Positions 40,590 through 50,300 of a DNA stretch of 64,000 bases are shown one piece after another. The notes beneath the pieces were generated by a model. That model saw only the letters and a program-made list of their open reading frames with translations, searched no databases and was not told the origin of the DNA. This DNA is from Actinomycetota bacterium (GTDB taxonomy: Bacteria > Actinomycetota > Geothermincolia > Geothermincolales > RBG-13-55-18), in assembly GCA_014360685.1 (NCBI GenBank), contig JACIXB010000009.1:1971-65970 (forward strand), given 5' to 3'. Numbering within the stretch: the first letter of the stretch is position 1; every line of letters begins with the position of its first letter. The position numbers and the translations under genes were made by a program.

Positions 40590-43500
40590 GCCGCTTCGAG
40601 AGCCTTCGCGTGGAGGGCGGGCTCCTCAGCCCGGACCTCATCGACCGCATCGCCGACGGCGAAGCGCCGGGGCAGAAACCGGCCGACTTCGGCCTCCCGC
40701 CCAAGGCCGCTTTCATAGACGAGATCTCCGAGGCCTGGGGCGCCGCCCGCCGCTTCTGGGAGGCCTTCCGGGCCCGCCTGGAGCGCCTGTCCCCCGACGA
40801 CCCGGCCACCGGGCCCACCCGCGACCAATGGGTGATACCCCTCATGAGCCTCCTCGGCTACGATCTGACCTACCGTCCCAAGGCGCAACTGGTGGACGGG
40901 CTGACCTTCGCCGTGAGCCACGGCGCCGGCCCGAACGCGGACGCGCCGCCGGTCCACGTGGTGGGTTGGCGGCAGGACCTGGGCAAGCTCCCGCCCTCCG
41001 GTCGCCCCCGCCTGGCGCCTCACGTGCTGGTGCAGGAATACCTCAACCGCACCGAGCATCTCTGGGGCGTGGTCACCAACGGCCGCATCCTGCGCCTGCT
41101 TCGCGACAGCCAGCTCCTCTCCCGCCAGGCCTATATCGAGTTCGACCTGGAGGGCATGTTCGAGGGGGAGAGGCTCTCCGACTTCGCACTTCTCTGGCGC
41201 CTGGCCCACCGCACCCGGCTTCCCCGCGGCATGGACGACGCCCCCTCCTGCCTCTTGGAGAGCTACTACGTGGAGAGCGTGGAGCAGGGGGGAAGGGTGC
41301 GCGAGCGGCTGCGCGACGGGGTGGAGAAGGCCCTGGTAATAATTGGTAATGGATTCCTTTCCCACCCCGCCAACGACGGGCTGCGCGAGCGGGTGGCCAC
41401 GGGTGAGACCAGACCGGAGTCCTTCTACCGGGATCTCCTGCACCTCATCTACCGCCTGCTCTTCCTCATGGTGGCCGAGGAGAGGAAGCTCATCTCCCCC
41501 TCCCCCGTTTACCTGGAGCACTACAGCCTGGAGCGCCTGCGCCGCCTGGCCGACATGCGCCTGCGCGGCGAGGAACACCGGGACCTCTGGATATCCCTGC
41601 AGGCCACCTTCGACCTCTTCCGCCGCCAGGAGCTGGGGGCCCTTCTCCAGGTGCCTCCGCTCAACGGGGAGCTCTTCGAGGAGACGGAGCTGGACCGCTG
41701 CGCCCTCTACAACCGGGACCTCCTGGCCGCCCTGCGCGAGCTCTCCACCTACGCCGAGGACGCCCGCTCCCCCCGCCGCCGCGTCAACTACTCCGCCCTG
41801 AACGTGGAGGAGCTGGGGAGCGTTTACGAGAGCCTGCTCGATTACCACCCCGCCTTCCTCGAGCGGGAGGGGAGGGCCGACTTCCGCCTGGTGCCGGGTA
41901 CGGAGCGCAAGGCCACCGGCTCCTACTACACCCCGCCCGAGCTGGTCAACGAGCTGGTGAAGAGCGCCCTCGAGCCCGTGCTCGCGGGGAGGCTGGCCGG
42001 GACCAGGGGCAGGGAGGAAAGGGAGAAGGCCATCCTGGACATCAAGGTCTGCGACCCCGCCTGCGGGAGCGGCCACTTCCTCCTGGCCGCCGCCCGCCGC
42101 CTGGGTAAGGAGCTGGCCCGCGTGCGCACCGGCGACGAGGAGCCCGCCCCCGAGGAGGTGCGTTCCGCCGTGCGCGAGGTCATCGGCCACTGCATCTACG
42201 GGGTGGACAAGAACCCCCTGGCCGTGGACCTCTGCAAGGTGGCCCTGTGGATAGAGGGCCATGCCGAGGGGCGACCCCTCACCTTCCTCGACCACCGCAT
42301 CCGCTGCGGCGACTCCCTGGTGGGCGTCTTCGACCTCAAGGTCCTTGAGGAGGGCATACCCGATGGGGCCTTCGAGCCCGTGGCGGATGACGACAAGGCC
42401 CTCGCCAGGTCCATAAAGAGGGACAACAAGGCGGAGAGGACCGAGAGGGCCGATTGGCTTTCCTTTGCGGTGGAGGCCGAAAGCGACGTTCGCGAACTCT
42501 CCGAGGCCTCCCGCAGGCTCTCCGATATCCCCGACGACACCCCGGATCAGGTGCGTAATAAGCAGGAGGCCTACGAGAGGCTGCGGGGCGAGGGAGGGCG
42601 CTGGTGGAACGATAATACCGCCTGCCACCTCTGGACGTCCGCCTTCTTCGCCAGGCTGGATAAGGATAGCTACCGGGAGAAGGCCGTCCCCACCACCGAG
42701 GTCCTGCGCAATTATTTAGACAATCCGGCATCCGTTGATCCTCGATATCCTAGCCACGCTTGGGAGGCGGCGCTGCGCCACCGTTTCTTCCACTGGCCCC
42801 TGGAGTTCCCCGAGGTCTTCGAGAAGGGGGGCTTCGACGTGGTGCTCTGCAACCCCCCGTGGGAGTTGATACAGCTTCAGGAGAAAGAATTCTTTGCGCA
42901 TAGGGACCCGCATATTGCCTCGGCTCCAAATTCGAATGCTCGTAAAAAGATGATAAAGGAACTCCAGATACGCAAACCCGCCTTATGGCGGGAATATCTG
43001 GATTCTTTACATCTTGCCGATGCAACAAGAAAATTTCTACGTAAATCGGGGAGATTCCGTCTTACCTCGAGCGGAAGGATAAATCATTATTCCGTCTTCT
43101 CCGAGCTCTTCAGCGGGTTGATCAACCCGGACGGCAGGGCGGGAGTGGTGGTGCCCACCGGCATCGCCACCGACGACACCAACAAGGAGTTTTTCTCCCA
43201 CCTGGTGAATAAGGGCTACCTGGCCAGCCTCTACGACTTCGAGAACCGGGATAAGATCTTTCCGGCGATTCACAGCAGACAGAAGTTCTCCCTCCTCACC
43301 CTCAAGGGCGACGGCGCCGAAGCTGGTAAGCCGGCGCGCTTCGCCTTCTTCCTCACCCGCGCCTCCCAGCTCAGGGACGAGCGGCGGGTTTTAGAGCTCA
43401 CCGCCGAGGACTTCGCCCTCCTCAACCCTAACACCCGCACCTGCCCCGTCTTCCGCACCCGCCAGGACGCCGAGCTCACCAGGTACATCTACCAGAGGGT

Positions 43501-44689
43501 GCCGGTACTGGTGAACGAGGCCACGGGCGAAAACCCCTGGGGTGTCACTTTTAAACAAGGTTTATTCAACATGTCAGACGACTCCCACCTCTTCCACACC
43601 CGAAGCGAGCTCGAGGAAGCCGGCTTCCGCCTCCACGGCAACCGCTTCGTCAAGGGCGAAGGCGCCAAGCGCGAAGTCTGGCTCCCCCTATACGAAGCGA
43701 AGATGATTCACCAGTTCGACCACCGCTTCGGCACCTACGAAGGCATGAACCGACGCACCAACACGCAGATTGCCACCCCAACCCCTGAGCAGCATGCCGA
43801 CCCTTGTTACTTGGTTGAGCCATGGTACTGGGTGGAACAAGAGGAAGTAAATACAAGATTAGGCGAATATGGAAGAAAATGGCTTTTAGGCTTTCGCGAC
43901 ATCGCAAGGGCAACCGATGAGCGCACCGCCATCTTCACCGTTATCCCAAAAACCGGAGTTGGAGACACTCTACCGTTACTGATTGTTAAAAACCTAAAAA
44001 CGCTTTTTGTTTCCTCTATTCTCTCTAACTTCAATGCTGTAATCCTAGATTTCATAGCTAAACAGAAAATTGCTGGAACACACCTGAATTTTTTCTATGT
44101 CGAGCAATTCCCAATCTTGGGCGCTTCAAATCTTGATGTTAGCTATTTGAATTTGATAATTCCCAGATTTTTAGAACAAATCTACACCTCCTGGGACATC
44201 AAGCCTTTCGCCGATGACGTGTGGCGTGAGGCCGATGAGGATCTCCGGAAGGCCATCCGAACCCAATGGGAGGAGAACAAACGGGCCACGGGAGGCCATA
44301 CCTGGGATCCTCCCGAGTGGACGGAGATCGCCGAGGACGGCATCCACCTCCCTCCCTTCAAGTGGGACGAGGAGCGTCGTGCCCGCCTGCGCGCCCAGCT
44401 GGACGCCATCTACGCCAGGCTATACGGCCTCAACCGCAAGCAGCTCCGCTACATCCTCGACCCCGCTGACCTCACCGAGAAGGAGCTGGAGGACATCCTC
44501 GACGACTATGAGGAGGTGGAGGACCCTCTGGACGAGGAAGCCTACCGCCGCCGCTGCGAGGCCTCCACCTTCCCCGGCGAGACCTTCCGCGTCCTCAAGG
44601 AAAAGGAGATCAGGAAATACGGCTTCTACCGCACCCGCCGTCTGGTCCTCGAGGCATGGGAGAGGTTGAACGAGAGGGATCGGAAATGA
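40586..44689 (+). CDS. Type IIG/Eco57I-like N6-adenine DNA methyltransferase (DrmMI/BrxX-like)
   Basis: VTNG..LRL N-domain; LG.VYE.LL, RK.TGSYYTP, DPACGSGHF (motif I), YGVD and GFDVVLCNPPW (motif IV); C-terminal TRD region; ATGA overlap. Confidence 0.9.
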
Positions 44690-45195
44690 AGGGGATCGGG
44701 AAAGGGCATGGAGAGATCGTCTATTTCGCCTATGGCTCCAACATGCCCGAGAGCAGGATGAGAGAAAGGACCCCGTCCGCCGTGGCTTTGGTCGTCTGGA
44801 AGCTGGAGGGCATGAGGGTGGCCATGAACAAGAAAGGATGGAACGACTCGGAGAAAGCGAACCTCGTGGAGGATCCGGGAAGCGTCGTTTACAGCACCCT
44901 CTACAGAATCGATTCATCCGAGCTTCCACGTCTGGATAGCGCGGAGGGAGGCTACGAACGCCGTTCCTTCAAGGCTGTCTTTGGTGACGAGATCGTGGAA
45001 GCGCAGGTATATATCTCCCGAGAGATAACCGAAGCGCCTGTCGCCTGGGATTGGTATAAAGACATTATCTTGAAAGGTGCAAAGGAACACGGGCTTCCTG
45101 GGTCTTACATCCAATATTTAGAAAGCCTGCCCAGCAAGCCATGTTCGGAGAATAGCAACGGTCAGAGACTGAGCGGGGAATACCGAGGGGGTTGA
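44686..45195 (+). CDS. Gamma-glutamylcyclotransferase-family protein
   Basis: YFAYGSNM, LD..EG.Y and Y...I..GA.EHGLP..Y motifs; ATG 44686 overlaps the methylase stop. Confidence 0.82.
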   Translation: MKGIGKGHGEIVYFAYGSNMPESRMRERTPSAVALVVWKLEGMRVAMNKKGWNDSEKANLVEDPGSVVYSTLYRIDSSELPRLDSAEGGYERRSFKAVFGDEIVEAQVYISREITEAPVAWDWYKDIILKGAKEHGLPGSYIQYLESLPSKPCSENSNGQRLSGEYRGG

Positions 45196-45770
45196 TGGAC
45201 ATGCCGAGAAAGCTGGAGAACGACGTGGTGCTGGCCTTCGAGGTACTGCTGGAGGAGATCGAGGGGGCGGTGAACTCCCTGAACCAGATGGGGGCGGAGG
45301 CCTTTGAGAAGGGCGACTACAGTCTGGCCAGAGACCTGATAGACAAGGGATCGCGGATGGCCTCCTTCCGGGAAAAGGTGCAGAACCTGCAGAAGGAGTG
45401 GAAGAACCTTTTCGCTCCTTCGCCTAAGCCGAGAAGGGTCGTGAAGGAAAGGCTAAAGAGGGGCATGAGAACGCCCGAGGATTTCTTCCGGGAGCCCATC
45501 CTGACCGTGCTCCTGGAGATGGGAGGGTCGGCGCCCATGTCCGAGGTGTTGGATAGGGTGTACGAGAAGGTCAAGGCCAGCCTGAACAAGTACGACCTGC
45601 AGCCCTTGCCGTCCGATCCCCAGAGCATACGCTGGCGAAACACGGCCCAGTGGTGCCGCAACACCATGGTAAGGGAAGGTTTGCTACGGTCTGATTCGCC
45701 ACGGGGCACCTGGGAGCTCTCCGAGGAAGGAAGAAGGCAGGCGATGCTCTTGCGAAAGGAGAACACGTGA
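45192..45770 (+). CDS. Stand-alone Mrr N-terminal (winged-helix) domain protein
   Basis: PIL..L.E.GG...RWRN..QW.R..MV..G.L....PRG.W.LSE.G pattern; N-terminal helical region; no Mrr catalytic domain. Confidence 0.75.
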   Translation: MMDMPRKLENDVVLAFEVLLEEIEGAVNSLNQMGAEAFEKGDYSLARDLIDKGSRMASFREKVQNLQKEWKNLFAPSPKPRRVVKERLKRGMRTPEDFFREPILTVLLEMGGSAPMSEVLDRVYEKVKASLNKYDLQPLPSDPQSIRWRNTAQWCRNTMVREGLLRSDSPRGTWELSEEGRRQAMLLRKENT

Positions 45771-45799
45771 ATTGACCTCGGTTAATGCGTGGGAGGCAG

Positions 45800-47209
45800 A
45801 TGACGCCCTTGGAGGAGAGGTTCGAGGTATCCAACCCCGCCATTGAAAAGGACGCGGAATGGATTCCCGACATAAGCGAGATCTGGAAATCCGACACGAG
45901 CACCTACAAGTACGTGAAGAACTTCCTGGAAAGACTGCGGTCAAGGAGGGCGGTTTCGGATGAGGAAGAAGAGAGGATTGAAAATGCCATAAGCCGCTTG
46001 GAAAAGATCGTCGATTATCCGCTCACCGCCCTGGAGGTATCCCCCTCGGTGGACGAGGACCAGGTGGCGGAGATCTTCGTCAGGATAAACAGTAAGGGCA
46101 CTCCCCTCAACCAGGCCGATTTCATACTTACCTTGATGTCCGTGTTCTGGGACGACGGCAGAGCCGAGTTGGAGGATTTCTGCCGAAGGGCGAAGGCACA
46201 GCCCTTGGATAATCAACCATCGCCTTTCAACCACTACATAAAGCCCAACCCGGATCAACTCCTGCGCGTGAGCGTGGCCCTGGGGTTCAGGCGCGCGCGC
46301 CTGGAGTACGTGTATTCCCTTCTTCGCGGAAAGGATCTGCAAACGAAACAATTTTCGATCGAACAACGGGAAAGACAGTTCGAAGTTCTCCGTGAGGCCC
46401 AAAAATACACTCTCAAACTCCACAACTGGCATGATTTTTTCAAGGTCATAAGGAGCGCGGGGTATCCGAGCGACAGGATAATATCTTCGCACAACACCAT
46501 CCTCTACACATATGCCCTGTGGCTCATTGGCAAGCGAGACTTCGAGGTAAACGATCGCGAGTTGCGCAAGCTCATGGCCCGCTGGTTCTTCATGTCCGCG
46601 CTCACCGGTCGTTATACCGATTCTCCCGAGGCGCGCATGGAGCAGGACATGGCCATGTTGAGGGGCTTGAGCGCTCCGGAGCATTTCGTCGGGGCCTTGA
46701 ACCGGCAGATAGATGTGGTCTTGACCAACGACTTTTGGGAGGTGACCCTCCCCAACCAGTTGGAGACGGCCGCAGCCCAGAACACGGGCCAGTTCGCCTT
46801 TTTCGCTGCCCTGTGCCTACTTGATGCCAACGTCCTCTACTCCAATATGAAGGTGAAGGATCTGCTTGACCCCACCACGAAATCCAGCAAGGCGGCATTG
46901 GACCGGCATCACCTTTTCCCGCGTGCTTACCTGAAGTCCATGGGCATCACCGACCGCAGGTCGATCAACCAGGTGGCCAACTACACCCTGGTGGAGTGGA
47001 AGGACAACGTCTCCATTTCCAATAAGCCACCAAGGGAATACGCGCCCCAAATGGAAAGATACTTCACCGATGAAGAACTGGCGAAGATGTACGAATGGCA
47101 CGCCCTTCCCGAAAGGTGGTACGAGATGGATTACAGGGATTTCCTGGAAGAAAGGCGGAGGCGCATAGCCCAGGTGATAAGAAAGGGATACATGCGGTTA
47201 TTGAACTGA
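45800..47209 (+). CDS. N-terminally truncated GmrSD-like protein (partial DUF262 + DUF1524 HNH-like)
   Basis: IFVRINSKGTPL (end of DUF262) and DRHHLFP...N.VAN......N..I (DUF1524); no QR or DGQQR motif; GGAGG RBS before ATG 45800. Confidence 0.75.
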   Translation: MTPLEERFEVSNPAIEKDAEWIPDISEIWKSDTSTYKYVKNFLERLRSRRAVSDEEEERIENAISRLEKIVDYPLTALEVSPSVDEDQVAEIFVRINSKGTPLNQADFILTLMSVFWDDGRAELEDFCRRAKAQPLDNQPSPFNHYIKPNPDQLLRVSVALGFRRARLEYVYSLLRGKDLQTKQFSIEQRERQFEVLREAQKYTLKLHNWHDFFKVIRSAGYPSDRIISSHNTILYTYALWLIGKRDFEVNDRELRKLMARWFFMSALTGRYTDSPEARMEQDMAMLRGLSAPEHFVGALNRQIDVVLTNDFWEVTLPNQLETAAAQNTGQFAFFAALCLLDANVLYSNMKVKDLLDPTTKSSKAALDRHHLFPRAYLKSMGITDRRSINQVANYTLVEWKDNVSISNKPPREYAPQMERYFTDEELAKMYEWHALPERWYEMDYRDFLEERRRRIAQVIRKGYMRLLN

Positions 47210-47309
47210 TCCGGTCAACCCGCTAGGTCGCTATTTAGAGGTTCCGAGAGGGCCTTGGCTATTCCCTTTCCAGCAGAGCAGTTGTGAGTTAGCGGCTTAA
47301 AAAGAAAGT

Positions 47310-47337
47310 TTGCATCACATGGCATAATATATATAAT
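47310..47337 (+). promoter_or_regulatory. Sigma70-type promoter TTGCAT-16-TATAAT
   Basis: AT-rich stretch upstream of ATG 47399. Confidence 0.55.
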
Positions 47338-47398
47338 AAGTGACACCAAAGTTTGAACGTATGCTTGAAGGGCAACTAAGGTCTTATTAGGTGACAAG

Positions 47399-50300
47399 AT
47401 GGAAATAAACCCCTCTACCCTTAGCGCAAGGCTCATTGCCTTGGAGAACCTCATCGACAAAGCGAAAGAATCGCTTCAAAACCTTCACGAAAAACTGGGC
47501 GCAAACATAGATGAGGCGTGTAGGTTGTTCAAGGAATTCACCTCACTGATGAAAAAGGTGGAGGAGGATTACTTTTCGCTTTGTCGCGTGGTAAGAGAAA
47601 AAGCGCAGGAGTTGGATATCAAGTCACCCCATTCCTTCGAAAGCTCCTTGCCGCTTCCCTTGCTGAAGGAGCTCATTTCGGCGATCGAGAGAAAGATGGA
47701 AAAGATCAAGGGCGCGAGTGGCGCAAAATCCAATATATTGCAGGTTTTGGAAAAGGCCACACATATAAACTCGCTCCAACCGGACGAAGAAATAGAGGAT
47801 GCGCTGGAGAACGTGAGGAAGCTGTGCGGTGAAGTCAGGGATGCCGTTGAAAAGCTCTTACCGGATGGCATCGGAGAATTGAAAAAGATCGAGGAAAGCG
47901 TCCGGAACAAGGAACATCCCGTAAGTGCGCTGGTATGGTTCGTGGATGAAAACAGGCCCGCGGATACCGATATCGAGGAAAAGCTTTTCGATATAGTGAA
48001 GAATGAGTTTGGGTTTAAACTTGCCGCGGCAGCCATTAAGGGTCAGCTCAAATCGGAGACGCCCGTCAGGGATACTGCACAAGTAATGGAAGACCCGGAA
48101 ATAGTCGAAGCCAAGGAAGAGGAAACCCAAGCGCCACAGGCGGAGGAGGCCCAAGCGGAACCGAAAGTAGAAGCTGTTCCCGGGTGCCAGGAATCGGAAG
48201 AGGCAAGGCCTGGTAATGATGGAGGGGCGGCACAGAAAGTCTTGGTCCTGGAAGAGGAGGAGACCGCCAAGCGAACTCCGGTGATTGCGGAAGAGCTCAA
48301 GAGGGAGGAAAAACCAGAGACTCAAAGGATTGAAATCAAGGTATCTCCCGAGAAACCCATCGAGGAAATCGCGAAGGAAATACTGGAATCGGAAGATGGG
48401 CGTGCAGAACGGCTCCTGCATGCGGTGCTGAAAACGATAAGCGAGGGCAGGTTTGCCCTATCCTACTGGTTGGCGAAGGTGGCCGAGGAAGAGGGCCTTG
48501 AGATCGCCTTTCCCAGCTGGATTCCCGAAGTGCTGGAGATTTTGCCGGTTTTCGGGGGATACAGTGCAGAGATCACCGAGTTCTTGAGGGATAGGTACAA
48601 GCACTACAACCCGGGGATTCTTGATGACGAAGACAACGAGAAAAAACAGGCCATGTCCATTTTGCTTTTCTCCACGGCCATCAAGCCGGCATTGGTGGCT
48701 CCCCATATTGGCGCTTCGGGTATGCTTCGCAGTCTGCGAAATCTTCCCGACAGCATGTACGACCTGAGCTTGGCTGTGGCCGATTGCTCTGACAGGGGGA
48801 TCGTGTTTCATCCGGATGTGATCTCCAGCGTCGTGGACGAACTTCAAACCCAGATGCGCCTGAAGGATATTGCCGAGAGGGCGAGTGGATGGCTGAAGGA
48901 GGCAAGGGATAGGAAGAACATATTCCAGAAAGCGGGGAGCCTGTGGCGTTACTGGTTTACCCCTGGTAAATTGCTGCACGGACTCCTTACGCCGGTGGCG
49001 GAAAATGACGGGCGGAAGGCGAAAGAAGTCCAAGCCCTTATCCAGTCAATAGAAGATGAAAAAAGCTTTCAGAGGATCATTGAAAACACCCTGAAAGAAA
49101 TCAGGAAAACCGGAAAGCCGATAAGGATCGAAGCAAAGGCGCTGAGGCAAATCAAAATGCACGCCAACGAAGCGGTGGACATCGCCAGCGAGTGGCTGAA
49201 TCTTTTAAGGATGGAAGACAGTGGAAAGGACCAGGAAAGGGTCGGTACCGTCCGGCGTGAGTGGCAAAAGATCAAGGTATTGCTGGACAGGGCACTGGAG
49301 GATATAAGGGCCCTCGACGATAGTCGTAGCGCCTGGATGGCCGCGGCGAAGAAAGCATGCGTCCTCATGCTGGAGGATCTCGTGGATTACCTCGAAAACG
49401 GTAGTTACAGGCCGGCTACCGGGTTGTTGCCCCTTCCATTTCTCAGGCTACCCTTGCTTCGCATGAAGGGCTGGCCGGAGGGTTTGCCGAAGCCCCTTGA
49501 TGAAGACTGGGTTCCACCTCTGTCGTTGTTGTTGAAATGCCTGTCGGAGCCGCTCTATGGACCCGAAGAGGCAGCGGCTAGATTAATGGAAAGAGGGCGT
49601 TTCGACTTGCTGGCGGAACTCGTGAAGGTCCATGAAAAGGTCCGACTCGGGAGCATCGTCGAGCCGCGTAGTATCCAAGAATCTAAAAGAGCATTTAGGA
49701 TCCGGTTGAGCGAAGAGGTGTCCAGGGTCCGCCAGGTGGTGGAAGAGGCAGTCTTGGTGGATGCGATCGACGATGTGGCCAGATCGGCGTTCATGCAGGT
49801 ATTGGAATCACTGGCAAGTGAAGGAGTGGAGGATTACGAGTCGGCGTTCGTTAGGTTGCGAGAGATAGAAAAGAAAGTTGAGGAAAGCAAGCAAAGGCTT
49901 AAGGGAGACCTGGAGAAGCGGCTTGAGGCCATAGATAACAAGGATGAAGAAAAAACACGCATAAGAAACGCGTTGGATCAGAGCGATTTCGCCGTGGCGA
50001 GCGAACTGATCGAGATGCTCGAAAAGGGCGAGACGATAGAGGAAGCCTCTAAACTTGAAAGGGAAGATTATTTCGAGTTCTTCAAAAACATCTCGAAACT
50101 GGAAGCGATTTTGGTTGATAACGAGGGTTCGAGCCATGCCGCGCAAAGGATCGCAGATATACTGAGAAGTAAGAGGCAGATAGGAAGCATCGACCTGGCT
50201 AGGTTGACGAGCGGCAACATAAGAGACGCCGAGAGGCTTTTGAATTCGTGGTTTTTCCTTAAAAAGGGGCCGGGCGGCGAAACAATCGCCGTGTTGAGGG

